DNA from: Bugula neritina
Lineage: Eukaryota; Animalia; Bryozoa
Assembly (NCBI GenBank): GCA_964035545.1
Contig: OZ037766.1
Coordinates: 7,678,722 to 7,742,721 of the forward strand
Length of the DNA: 64,000 bases
Direction: 5' to 3'
The notes under the pieces are model-generated. The model did not search any database and had not been told where the DNA came from. It saw only the letters and a list, made by a program, of their open reading frames with translations. Positions within the stretch are counted from its first letter, which is position 1. Each line of letters opens with the position of its first letter. This document shows, in pieces, positions 24,001-37,800 of this stretch. The translations under genes were made by a program, and so were the position numbers.

Positions 24001-26892
24001 TTAGAAAAAAAGCATTGCAAAAACATGCATTCTTTAGGATGAATGCCTGCGATCGATCTAAACTAGGTCAGATTGTGCAATATTACGGGCACAAAAAAGC
24101 TGACCTATATAGCGCACTGTAACTGCTTGAGCGTTATTGGTTGATGTTGTGCTCAGCAACCTTGAATACTAGCGTTATAGTTAGCATGTGCAGCATAGTT
24201 ACTGGCGTTCACACGTCACGTATTAGGCTATTCTTTTTCATGGCTGAAAATTTTACCTCCCTCAAAATTGGAATTTTGAAAAGCTGTTTTCTAGGCACAT
24301 ATCCCTTTGCAAAGTCACAATTGTTTGCATACACATTAGATTATAGTTCATAATTATAATGTGATTGTAATAAATTAAGATTGAGCAATCCTTTAAGACT
24401 TGTAATGATAGAGAAAGAGCAAGAAATCTTTCAACAATTGACTTCTACAAGTACTACTGATACTAACCTGGTAGACAAGAGAGTGAAGATGTCTAGCAGT
24501 GCTATCAGGCATTCACTCATCAGGTCGTCTTGATCCAAGAAAACATGAAAGAACCAGCGGGACATTGATGGAGGGTCACCAACTAGAGAGAGTCTCTGGC
24601 ACACAACCTGTTCCATGTCCAACAAACTCTCTACAGCCAACTTCAGTCTAGTCTGAACTAAAATACCATATTAGCTCAACATAAGCTTTTTAGAACAGTG
24701 TAAACTAGCACAGCTACACTCAGAATTATTTAGTAGGAATTATTTGCAACACAACTATGTTTTATATATGCTATCAGCACCACTTTTTAGCACAGTATCA
24801 CAGGAACACTTTCCTTTAAGACTTGTACAAATTTTCACATACCAGACACTTGCAAACATATTTATTCTAAAAACTGAATGCGAGTGATAAAAAAAGTGTT
24901 ACTTCTATGACATACCAACTTCTTGTGTGGCCAATAACATCCGTGCATCAGCCATAATTAAGGAGTGGATGGCACTTCTTAATAGCACAACATCTAAGTC
25001 TGCACTGACTGGGTCCTTTTTAGGTATCGGTACATTCCTGTGAAAATAATCAAATTAAATTACTTATAATAATTGACACAAAGCCTAACTATCAAACTCG
25101 AGTCAATTATGAAATAAAGTGAGCTAGTGTAATGAAGGACAACCTAAATTAGCATATAGTACCAAGCAGCTATTTTAAGCTGCCGAAGCATATTAGGCAT
25201 GGATGGAGTGGTAAGCTGACATATTTAGTTAAATGCAAAGCTGGACTTTAGATTGACTATTAGATAGCCATTACAGAGAGCATAGCTTCAACTATTTCAG
25301 GCGTTCAAATATAGCATACTAGATAACTAAAGATGATGAAAAAACAAGTCCAGTACCAAGCAATTTCTTAGATCATTTGGTTAATGCCAAGCAAAGCAAT
25401 CTAAAAAACATGGGTATTTAGATAGCTGTATCTATGCTTATAACAATATTTTAAAAAGATAGCTATACTAGTAAATATATTATTTCTACCAAGTAAATAT
25501 ATTGTTTCTATCACATAAATATTAAATTACATAATCGCTGCTATACAACTCAGTGAAAGATACGCAAAACAGACCTCACCTCAAGATAGTTGCTGCATAA
25601 TTTGAGATGATCCATTCACTAAACTGCAGCAACACCTCTCCAGAATATCTGTTATTGTCAAATGTGAGCAGATGTCTACAGGCAAGTAAATAAAACCTTT
25701 GCAGCAAAGCTTTGTCCTCACACAAGACAACATTGACCAACTCTCTAATTTGTGAACAGGTGCTTGACAAGTGGTGGTTGAAATCAGTGACTTTAGAAAG
25801 CTTTGAGACTTTACATAGGCACTTGAGTAAAGCAGCTGTAGTCAAGTCAGATGAATGACATAAAATGGCGGCCTGAGTGAAGCGATCACCAAAGTGTAGT
25901 AGATGTACATCCACAATTCTTTTCACTGCAGCAGTTGCACTTAGCTTTCTCAGATTTGAGAATGTTGATGACAAAATCTCCAAATAAGTCAGCACTGCAG
26001 TCAAAGACTCAGCAGATACGCTCTGGTGATATGCATTGTTGATGGTCTCCAAGAAAGCACTATACTGAAAAAAAGAACAAAACTATTGCAACATGCTGAA
26101 ATAAAATGCTTATCAAATGAAAACATTATTCCGCAGTATGTTTGACGGACTTCTAAATTAAAATGTTAACACCATTTCACTTCAATACAATAAATGTACT
26201 GCAACTATTACCCTTAAAAATGATTCTCCATCTTGAAGCAAATACTCTTCTATAGATAGAATGAGATCGCGTAAAGCAGTGATGAAAAAGTTGTCTACAG
26301 CATGTTGGAGTACTTTCATCTACAACCAGACGACAAAATAAAAACAAACACCATAGTTATACAGGCATAGTCTATTTAGTATACTTTTCATCTTACATTT
26401 AGAAAATGAGATTGGAGTTTCTGCTGTTAATGTTGATTTATCATGTAGGGTCACGAGAAAAACATTATAATTGCCAAAATGTTCAACTTTTTGTGAAATA
26501 TTTACAAATCAAAGCTATAATGCTCCAAACACCAATTATGCTTAAAATACATGATTAAAAAAGTTCCAAACCAGATAGCTTTTTTACTGATACCTGAAAA
26601 AAAAATACTAACAAGAAAATGATCTGGCTCATAATCAACTTACGACTAATGCTAAAATATTTGCATTCAGCATATGCTCACATGGATATGAGCACCTTCG
26701 GATGAAGCATTGATGACAAGAGGTGAGAGCTAATAGCACTAATTCTCTAGGAGTAGAAGAGTGATGAGCCACAAGATTCATGGCAGCATCTACATATTGT
26801 AAGTTGGCAGCATCGCCAACATTTGCTACACTCTTTTTGCAGCAGTTTTTATACAGCTGAGAAAATGCATCTATCAGTTCTTGTTCAGACAT
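18017..26892 (-). CDS. LINS1: Protein Lines homolog (7 coding exons)
   Basis: Motifs DLDVVLLRS, WFFHVFLDQDDLMSECL, NPWMMFCTFIGHISHDHSVVLDLIISPETCFLRYF and C-terminal LERLHSSLHQMSINNLNPFDTSPLLALL match Lines N/C domains. Exons approx 26892-26644, 26319-26212, 26065-25580, 25018-24916, 24653-24468, 19397-19150, 18290-18017. Confidence 0.88.
19639..19788. repeat. Second copy of the ~150-bp dispersed repeat
   Basis: Aligns with 9261-9409. Confidence 0.8.
20382..23956 (-). mobile_element. Academ-type (AcademX-like) DNA transposon, deleted derivative with 962-bp TIRs
   Basis: TIRs 20382-21343 and 22995-23956, only two mismatches seen by eye; termini 5'-TAG...CTA-3'; 3-bp TSD TAA (20379-81, 23957-59); internal XPG/PIN-like nuclease plus Cys-rich C-terminus. 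Confidence 0.85.
21343..22996 (-). pseudogene. C-terminal half of Academ transposase (XPG/FEN1-like nuclease and Cys-rich zinc finger)
   Basis: IIDGM, DVVFDVY, HDEADTRLIL, DTDV, LHALTGCDSVSS, LPPSRNSLEYHVKRANYQ, CKCKKAGCKSKAC..CCGLCECFDCNN, split over several frames. Confidence 0.8.
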
Positions 26893-27199
26893 ATCTTGCT
26901 CTAAAACAGAATACAAAAAATAGCTTGAATGTTCTATGCTTCACAAACCTGCACTTCATGGTAAATTGGTCCAATTTCTTTGCACTGAGGAAACTACTTT
27001 ATCTTGTGAGAAATTACTACTGCATATGCTAGAAAGCTCTATGGGTTCAATGCATATACACATAGTAATGTAGATTTTAACCTTAGTGTAAGCAGAATCA
27101 ATATTTTAGACTCATTTATGTCATAGTAAAAACTTGAAGATCAACAATGTTTGTGTGAGGATCTGAATTCTAGTAAAAGGTGAAGTCAGTCCACACACT

Positions 27200-27409
27200 G
27201 GGTTTTTAGTTGCCATCCCCGTGAAGACCCCTAATAGAAAGGGCTTTTTTAAAATGGCCAGTGACTTTTTCCACTAATGTGGCAATGGATCAATTATGAC
27301 GGGATGCCTTGCCTAACATCACCAATAGCCTTTACAGAGGATCGAACCACAGACCTCCCTAAACCCTCGCTAAATCAGTGCTCTAACCCCTAGGCCACAG
27401 ATGCTACCT
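27200..27409 (-). mobile_element. tRNA-derived SINE copy C
   Basis: Reverse complement gives TGGCCTAGGGGTTAGAGCACTG..GGTTCGATCC..GGTGATGTTAGGCAAGGCATCCCGTCATAATTG. Confidence 0.75.
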
Positions 27410-28419
27410 CAAACTAAACATCGCTACAAATGCAAAATGGCCTAACGGTGTAAATAATAAATGAAAAAATGGGAGCAAATAGAAAAACAAAAAAACTTGG
27501 GTATTATTCTGGCTGGTATGAAGAAGATGGTAAGCAAAACACCCCATTGTGAATCGCCAGGGTCAAATGAATTTCAAGAATACTACTGGATCAAGCATTT
27601 ATTAAGTTTTCACCGGCTGATGACTAATTATTTGCTGAAGCATTTAGACTTTGGAAAATAAAGCCTAAAGATGTCTCAGAATCATAGGAAAAACAGTACG
27701 AGTATTGATTATTATTATAAAAGACTAAGCTAAATGAAAGCAGCCTTAGCCCGAAAATTAAAAACTTATAACATGTTAAACTTAATGTTAAAGCTGTAGT
27801 TGCCACTCATGTTGATGTAGAAAACATAATCCATTACTGAATCTATAATCATAATCTTGATAATAATTTATTATCGCAATAATAATCATGTTCATAATTA
27901 TAATGATTGATAATAACAATGTTTAACTTCAAGTTATCTACATATTCATATTGATATAAATTTTAGAGAAAAACGGTTTATTTCAATCGTCAATTGATAA
28001 CCGCAATCTAAATCATCATCATGATTATGATATAATAATAATGAATTAGTAGATAATTTAGTGACTGTGAGTTTTCAAAAATTAGTTATTTAATGATACC
28101 CATCATCATTACGATTATCATAATCATCACTCAAAGTCAAAGTCAATAAATATAATAATAATTCGTGAATAATCTGAATCATTATCAATGACAATATGAA
28201 TTGAATATGAATATCACAATATGAATATGAATATCATAATGATAATGTCAATGATAATCATAATGATAATCGTTATGATGATTATCATAATAATGATATT
28301 AATAATCGCAGATATAATTATAATGAAAACTTTAATCAACATCAATTAAATAAAATCATCATCATAATAATCATGATAACCATAATCATAATGCATAGCT
28401 TGAAGTTCACTTTCAGTTT

Positions 28420-28800
28420 CACTGAAAACTTTCAGAGCAGAGAACTATGCCACATGCGGTGCTCATGTTGTCTAGATAAAAATCGTTTGATGCCGCACAA
28501 AGTTTAGGGTATCAGAGTGTACTAGCAGGTGAGTTTTGAGTTTAAACAGTTGTGCGTAGCGAATAAAGCATTTGTTGACCCCAAACGTCGTGCTAGTTTT
28601 AGCGATCCCTGTTCAAATCAAGCACTCGGCAAGACTGCGTATACTGTATAGTGTATTGTACATCACTCTGCTTCGAACGAATGCCGATCGTTGTAACAAT
28701 AATTTAGGTTACACACTTCAGCGATTATATTTAAATCATGTTTAACGTCCAGGCGTTTCCGTTTGTGCCAAGTTTCTCTTCTACAAGTACATTCAATTAT
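28420..28800. promoter_or_regulatory. Likely bidirectional promoter LINS1/ERGIC3 (CpG-richer core)
   Basis: Lies between divergent genes; dense CpGs relative to the gene bodies; periodic AT tracts on both sides. Confidence 0.6.
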
Positions 28801-28849
28801 TGAATGTTTCTCTCATAAAATTTACTTTTAGTTCATTACCACTTATAGG

Positions 28850-31800
28850 ATGTCATTTGAATCGGTTGTTGCAAGGCTTAAGTCATTTGATGCCTATCCT
28901 AAAACTTTAGAAGATTTTCGAACCAAAACTTACGGAGGCGCAATCAGTATGTATTAATATTATAATAATTATTTATGTTCATGTTGAACTTGATGTTATA
29001 CTAATTACTGTAATTAGTAATTATTATTATACTTATAGTTAATGTTATAGTTAATGTTATACTAATACTTATACTCATACAGTTATAGTTAATGTTATTG
29101 TAAATGTAATTGTTATTGTTAAAATTAACTATAACAGTATAAGATTAAGTATAAGTATTACTATAACATTTACTACTAGTACTACTCAATTTGAATTACT
29201 ATTACTATTACTATTACTATTAGTTTTACTATCTATTACTATTATTATTAATATTAGTATTACTATTAGTATTAATTAGTATTAGTAAATACTAATAGTA
29301 TTAGACTAACTCTAACACAGTAATAGTAACACTAATAGTAATAGTAATACAAACAGTGATTGTAATACTTAAAGTTAGAGTTACTGTTACTGTTGGTATC
29401 ATACTAACTTTAATTATTAGTATTAGTATGAGCATTAGTTTAAGTAGTAGTGTTAAGTATTAATATTATAATTGCGCACAGTCTGAGTCTATGACTTTTA
29501 TCTACTACTGTTAGTGTTAGTATTAGTAATGGTATTACTAATGCTAATAGTAATGCTAATAGTAATACAATTGCATTGTACAGTAATATTAAATTTAAAT
29601 TTGACAGAATAATATATTTACACTATCAGTAATTAGTAATGGCTAATAGCAGTTCTATTAATATTAGTATGTATATTAAATTTAGTATAATTATTAGTAT
29701 TACTATTGCTATTAGTATTAGACTAGGATTAGTATTACTAATAATATTAATATTACTATTAGAAGTAGATATATATTCATAGACTATAGAGGAATGCTAC
29801 AGTAGTATCAATAGTAATACTAAACTTGTATAATGATTATTGTATGAGCAATATTTATATTGTTACTAATACTTATATTAAAATTAATGCTAATAGTAAT
29901 ATTTTAACTAACTGTAAAGTGTAAAATTATTGTCATTTCAATTAGTATGAATATTATGCTAAATATGAGAGCGTAATTAGTGAATTAGTTATAAAAATTT
30001 AGTCATAATAATTTTAAATAGATGCTATTATTTATTCTAGTTATTGCAAATTTTTGATCAAGTGTTTTATGTTGGATGATTATACTAGCATTAGACATGA
30101 TGTATACTGTTACTACTTTGAATGATAATTGAGATTTCAAGATTATAGAGACTTGTTAGATATTGCCGAAATGTCGCCTAATTTAATTGTCATTTTAGCA
30201 TTTTAAGAAATTTTACTACATTTTTACAGTTTATGTTGAAAAAGCTAGTCAATGATTTTTTTGAGCTTCATTCATGCTGACAATTGCTTGTATTTTTAGT
30301 TTTATTTGTTCATTTTGTTTTATTCTACTCTCAGTAACGATGGTGAGTGCTGTAATAATGGCAATCCTTTTCCTTTCGGAATTGAACTACTTTCTTAGCG
30401 TAGATGTCGATCAGGAACTCATCGTTGACACCATGAGGGGCCAAAAAATGAAAATATATGTTGACATAACTTTTCCTAAAATTGGCTGCTCATGTAAGTA
30501 TATATTATACTGATATTTCATTACTCATATTATTAAGTTTTGATACTTTATAATTTGAAAATATGTTTTCTGTAGCTAATAGTTCATTCTGTATATATCT
30601 AACTTGCTGTCAATTACGTTTTGGATTAAAAGCTAGTGAAATACATAGGTTTTATATGGTGATGTAGAAGTTATTGTGCATTGTTCTTCATGTCTCACTT
30701 TTACATGACAGTCTAATTCTTTGTGACTCTCTGTTAGTGTATTTGGTCGAGGTGGTAAAAATGAAAATAGCATCACCAAACCACCTTGAAAAAGTTTTGA
30801 AGGATCAATTTTTATTTTAAAGAGACTATTAATTAACAATAATTTACAACAGTAATAGTGATGGTTTTTGTTGAAGTACTCAGCATGGATGCCATGGACG
30901 TGTCTGGAGAATCTCAAATAGATGTTATATCTAATATATTCAAACAAAGGCTTCATTTAGATGGAACTGCAATTGATGCTGAAGAAGAGAAGCATGGTAT
31001 AGTAGTCAACTAATCTGAAATCTATAGATATTGCATTAGCACATCTAATGTTATAAGCTGTAGTTGTTGCAGTACTTAGTTTAGAAAGTTTTTCTTATTC
31101 ATAAGCAACTTTACCGGCACTTTACTTTTGGTAGAGGTTATTAAATTTTTATATTTAGCATTTTAGAAGTAATATGCCTCCTAAAATCTTTTGGCACTTT
31201 TAGAAAACATGGGGTTACTGATTTTAAGCTGGCTTATTTATCTATACATTAGTGTAATATTTTCGGTTATACATAGAAACTCACAAATGTTGCTAATATA
31301 TATCATATGTAAACATCTATGTCGCCTATGTTTAAAATTAGTTTTTTTATGTTTCTTTTTGTGAATGTCAAATGTTTCAACATATAAATAAGGAGGTGGT
31401 GGCAGAGGATCTTTAAAAGTTTGATTTTCAACACCTTTAGCCATACATTATTCTGTGTATATAGACTCTAACTTTGACCATGATGGTTTTGCAGATTAAT
31501 TCAAGCAGCTAGCATAATATATATGTCTAACATTCTGTTACCCTCACTTATTTTTTATATATTTATATACTCTGTGTAATATCAAGCAATTGACTAAAGA
31601 ATTTATCTGAATAAAGTGTTTGGTTAGTTTTAGTGCTGCTTGCTTAAAGAACATGTGTTAAAAGCCTTTTGGTTTCATCAATTTTTTATAAATATAAATG
31701 ATTGAAATTGTGATTATGAGAAAACCTACATAACCGTAAGAGAAATTAGTAAATTTATTAGATGATTGACCAAATAAAATGGGAATAAATGTGACCATCA

Positions 31801-34800
31801 AGAAGTTAAAAGTAAATCATTCAGTACCTGGGAAAAGAAAATTTATATTACTTTGTACAACCAAACAAAGCTAACCAAATACACTTGGTAAAATTAGTTA
31901 TAATTGTAGAAAGTAGTGACACATTTTAACTGTGTCAACTAAACTAATAGTGTTTACTTGCAAAATAACCACCATAAATTTTCCACCTATACATAGCATT
32001 ATATGGCCTATACATTTCATCAGGAATGGGGTGTAAAAATGTAGTTAGGTCTTCTATGGTGCATCGATAATTTTAATTGGACATCCTACTCTGGCTAAGA
32101 GCGTTCTATATAATAACCACTTTTTTAAATTGTTTTCTTTGACTAAAATTTGCTAATCAACAATTTTTTGCTATTGTTTTAGACATTGCAGAGAATGCTA
32201 AAAAACAGGTTGAAGAAGTGAAAAATGTCACAACATTAGACCCTAATAGGTGTGAAAGTTGTTATGGAGCTGAAAACGCCAAGTTAAGGTAAGTATTACA
32301 GTAGCATTTATTTGAACAGTCATCCTGTCAGATTAACTGATGATTTTTTTCTACTATTTGTATATAGTAAGTATGTTGTAAGGCATAATTGATATGTTTT
32401 GTTTAATTTTGTAGTATGTTGAGATTATAATTTATTGTCTGCAACTTATTTTCAATGATGATCCTCTGTCTCATTTCTTCACAGATGGAAAATTACTGGC
32501 AAATATCATTAACATTGTTTCAAGTTTATAGTTATATGTTATATGACAAATAATGAGTTGACCAAAATATCTGTCAACTCTTTTTCAATAGCGTTAGCTA
32601 GTAACTAGTATATGTTCTTACTCACCTCATTTCATGGAATCATGTGTAGGTTTAATGAATTCAGCATTCATTTATAGTATATAGTAAAATACTGTCATAC
32701 TTTTGATTATCATTTAACATGCATTCAATAGACAGACATGTCTGTATCATATAGCAAGTTTATAAATATATTCATGCTAATCTAATGTAATATATGGGTT
32801 GTTGATTGGATAGTTGGTGCTTACAGACAGTTTCTTCATTAAATGTGTTTTTTCAGTGTAGAGTACTCGTGTTTGCTGTATATGTTGAGATAATGGCTTA
32901 AATGGTGATGTATTTTTCATTCCAGTTGTTGCAATACATGTGAGCAAGTAAGAGAAGCATATAGAATCAAAGGTTGGGCTTTTGTGAATTCAGAGACCAT
33001 CGAGCAATGTAAAAGAGAAGGCTATTCCAAGGTTTCAAGTGACTTCTACTTAACTTGTCTATTTTGAATAATTTATCTGAAATATCTCAGGTTTTGGTTG
33101 CTTTGTACAATGAATGCTTTAATAAAAAGGTTGTGATTGGCCACTTGTCAAGTTTTATGCAGAGTATTTCAATCAAATCCTTAAATGGTTTTTGTAGAAA
33201 ATGAAAAACTCACAGAACGAAGGATGCAGAATGTATGGTTTTTTGCTGGTAAGCAAAGTGGCTGGAAACTTCCATATAGCACCTGGAAAAAGCTTCCAGT
33301 CTAGTCATGTTCACGGTAATACTATAAACCTACTGTTTGTTTCATAAGTATGTTCGCAATTGTACATGCCTAATAGAAATTTAAATGTTAACTGTTAACT
33401 ATTGTGTCAGTTGTTAAGTAGATGATGGCCCAGAGACACTTGATAGAATTAGTCATTATCTGTTAGGTATCTTTGTACTATATATTATTCCTTGCTATAT
33501 TCTGTACAATTCGATTCATGTAGCTTATTGTGTACATTTTAGTTCACGATTTGAACTTTTTGGATGGAGGCGCAACGGTGAGTTTTCAGAATTACTCTAT
33601 AGTCAAATAGCATCAGCTCTTGAAAAGAGAATTTGGCAGTTACTATTCAACAAATTTTACGGGAGAGTTACTAGTCTCACTAAAATTGTAATTTTTTAGC
33701 AAGCACTAAATTTTAAAAGATACCATACATTAGGAATTACCTTTAAAATCACTTTTAGCAGCATAATTAGTTACTAAGGCATTTGTCAATGTACATACAA
33801 TCACAGAAATAAATTCACTATTTTGCCAAATCATGCAGTTAGTTCCTGGTGAAAACCTACTTATGGAAATCCAATGCACAATGCTATGTACATATAATGC
33901 CAACATGCATATCCATATCATATATAACTGGTATTTTTTATTTAGTTTGAGAGTTTATTTTGCAGTGGAACACAAGTCATTCAATAGCACACATAGGATT
34001 TGGAGATGATTATCCTGGTTTAGTAAATCCACTGGACAGTACAGAACAGATTGCAAAATCAGGTACTTCAACACAATTATAAATTTATTGGTAATGATGT
34101 GCTGGCGAATATTAATTTCTCATGAAGAGGGCTGAATATTTCAAAAATATAATTACAGAAAAAAATTAAGATTTAAAGAATTATTTAATTACACATCCAT
34201 GCTGTTTATGATGCTAGCATCGAATTGCAGTGCCAACTGACATAAAAGTTCCAAAACTTCCTCCTCCCTGCAACATTGTTTTTCCAACAGTGTGTAATAG
34301 TTCTCTTCCTCTTGCCCCATACCTAAAAATGAAAAATTGGAGTAGCTGATTGACAGTTGATACATATTAAAATTGTTATTGACATTTGATATGAAGGTGA
34401 GACTGATTTTCTACATGGCAGGTGAAATATTACTCTTGGCTGCTTGCATAATTGAAATTTCAAAATTGGAATTAGCATTCAAATTTAGAGACCTGCAATA
34501 TATTTGCTTGAGTATTCTATGCCTTCTTCAGTTTGCCAGTTGTAATCTCAAAACCTTAAGACTATCAGCAAAACAATTCCCACTTAAATTTACAGCAACT
34601 TATTTTGGCATTTCAGAATTATATTTCTTCATTGACTATTGCTTTATTGCCTAGTAAAACTTCAGTTTTTGTTAGTAACAGCATATATTTACTTTATGCA
34701 TTGAATCTTATAACAATATTTCAGTAAATGCCTTCATGAGAAGCTTTTCTGTGCTATTATAAGTATGTTGCATCTAATCTAAGATAGTAACTTATAAACA

Positions 34801-37800
34801 TTTTTCTGCCATCTTCATTGAAGGGCAACTTTAAGTAAGTTTATGAAACAGTATTATACACAAACAACATAAATTTAGATTATATTTTATATAAATTATG
34901 TTATTTTAAAAAGCAAATAATCATATTTAGTGATGGGTGATCGTTGACTAGCTAAATCTTGTTCAACTTCAAGGTCAGCTTTTAAAAGAATGGTCTCCTA
35001 TAAAAACTGGTACTAGCTATTGAACTTCATTAACAAACTACTGACCCACTAGTTTCTAAATTTACAATTTCACCAGTTTTAGCAACCACACTATAAAATT
35101 TGATTGTAAATACTGATCTAAACTAATATTTTTTTTAATAATAAATAGCAAGATGTTTAGAATTTATGAGAAAAATTCGGCTCATCAAGTGAAAGAGTAG
35201 TAGGAATGAATGGAAAGAGTTTTACAGAGAAAAGTTTTATCTAATGTTGACTTTAATGGCTACATAAAATCCAGACATGCAAATTAAATTGAATAACCTT
35301 GTGGGTCATCATAGTATTATATACCTCTAAATATGTACATGGTCTGAAATATTGCTGAAAAGTGCATGTCAACTGAACAGCTTACATCAAAAATAAATAG
35401 CTACATATTTATTCAAATGTAACAACTTACTATTGGCATTATGGTAGAATGATAAGAGATTTGAATTCGTGCTCTGAAGAAACTACACAAATATGGCATC
35501 TTGTTTAATAATTAAAAAAATTAAACCTCAAATTTTAATTTTGATTCATATGCTACTGAAAATTACTTGAATAGGTAGGTATCTATGACAATATCAATTT
35601 TGTACTATTTTAAATGGTTTCAGACAAAGTCTAGAACCAAATTTAATTAGTTTCAACGTTTAATTGTCTAAAAATGTAAATTTGCTCCATAATAGCAAAA
35701 ATAAACGATATAGTTTATAATTGAATCAAGCTGGTTTCTTATATGCAGAAAAAAATGCAGGCTTTCAAATTTCAAATTTTCGATGTCAGTGAGTAATAGA
35801 ATAAGTATCACATAAACTCTCAATCTGATAACTATAAAAAGTGGTGAGAATTTAACAATTAGGTAAACTAGTGCAACTCCACAAAAACAGCTATACCACA
35901 AGTGTAAACCTACCTTAAAGCAGCAAAACCTCCAAAAAGTGAACCAGAAACCATTCCAACGGCGAAGCCCATCATAAAACCCATCTTCATTTTTTGAAAA
36001 CATGTAGGTTGGCCTGCCTGGTGGCCATAATGACTTGGTGGTGGTACCATATTATTTTTTTTAATTATTCAAGCCAAAAATGTCTGCAAAAGCAATAATA
36101 CTATATAATTTTTATTTTAATTTCTAAATCACTGGATTCTAAAATAATTTTCATCATACAAATATTTTAAATTACTAGTAGATATGGAGGAGTTACATGC
36201 ATATACATATACATCTGTTTTAAATGAGAGTAAAAAATACAATGCAGGTTTTTTCTCATCATGTTTAATAACTGGAAAGCTAAAATTTCAGCTTGCAAAT
36301 CAGCTCAAGTAATTGCTTTGACTTTAACTTTTTGTTTCAGCCTTAATTTGGATTGCTGTGATTTGTGGCTAGCTTTGAGTAGGATTTAGCTTACACTTCC
36401 TAACAGTTACTGTTTAAGAAATAAATGCAATGCAAATTCTCAATCTTGGTTCAACTGCAAAGTTGATGCAAACTTTCAGTAATACTTATAATTATATTTT
36501 AATGTAAACTTGTAGTTGTACTGTGACAGTGTTCAATATTAATATTATTGTTATAATCCCAAAATGAAATGCTCATAATCATACTCATACTGATACTCAA
36601 TTTCATAAGTCAATGATAATACCAGTGGAATATTAATATTACTTTTACAATTAGTATTACTATTAGTATTAGTAATACTAAAATACGGTGTAGTTTGTAT
36701 TACCATTTGAAATATCAAATCTTAAAATTTAATTTGATCGATAATCAAAGACTAAGAGTAACTGTAACTGTAAGTCACTATCAATTTACAATCACTGAAT
36801 GAGTACAAGTATCAGTATAACTATCACTGGTTTTGAATAGGTATCACTGTGAGTGTGATCAGATGTGACTATCAAAATCACAATCACTGAATCAGTGTTA
36901 CTATTAATATTATTATAACAATAACATAAACTATAAGTATAAACACTAACAGTAATAGACTAATACTAAGAGTAAGTGATAAGTCTAACAGTAAGTGTAA
37001 CACTAACAGTAACACTAACAGTAAGCACTAAGTGTAACACTAAATCTAATAGTAACAGTAAACACCAACAGTACAAAATTAAAAGTCAAATTCAATGTTA
37101 ATAACTAAAAGTAATACTAATAATAATACAAAATGACTTCTTTTAAGATCTAACTATAAGCATAACTAATAGTAATTAATTTTTGAATGCCATAAAAATG
37201 TGAGTCTAATGTGAAAAAGTCTGTTTTGAGTGGATAAGACCTGAAAAATCAGTAACGTGATCCTGATGAAACTTCACAAAAATATAAATGGGATAAATGT
37301 AGTCTCGACAAAACTCGGTTAGACCACAGTCCTCCTTTCTCTAGCGTTCGTACAAATCTAAGAAATAATGAAAAAGTTTTAAATTGGCTAATAATTGTAT
37401 AAGGTTTTAGCCACCTCCTGTCGACAATGGCTGCTTGGTCTAGGGGTATGATTCGCGCTTCGGGTGCGCGAGGTCCCGGGTTCAATTCCCGGAGCAGCCC
37501 ATTTTTTAGGCTAACTTGCATTTCAAGTCAACATAATATTTGCTGCCCCATAATATTTCCTTCTCATATTTTTATAGATATTAATTTTTTCAGAAAGAAA
37601 TTCGTAAAATCATCAAAATTGTGTTCTAAATTGACTGTGCATGTAAAATATGAAATTATTTTGAGTGAAAAGAATATTAGTTGAGTTTTCTCAAACACAG
37701 TTAACAACTGTGGTGGTACCAAATTTTCAATCAAAATTTAATGTTATTTGTCATTAGTAATATTTCTACCATCTCTGCTGTTGCATTTTTGTATCAACTT

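Larger units (their letters stand above)
20045..24392. mobile_element. Non-autonomous TTAA-flanked DNA transposon (Kolobok-like MITE, ~770 bp without the nested insert)
   Basis: TTAA|AGGATTGCTCTATCTT ... AAGATTGAGCAATCCT|TTAA: 16-bp TIR with 1 mismatch, TTAA TSD (20041-44, 24393-96), purine-purine terminus as in Kolobok rather than the CC end of piggyBac. Confidence 0.7.

Noticed and set aside
35668-36003. 111-aa minus-strand ORF in the track
   Set aside because: Wrong frame over ROMO1 exon 1 and its intron.
37249-37684. ORFs overlapping the tRNA
   Set aside because: Spurious translation of the tRNA-Pro gene.
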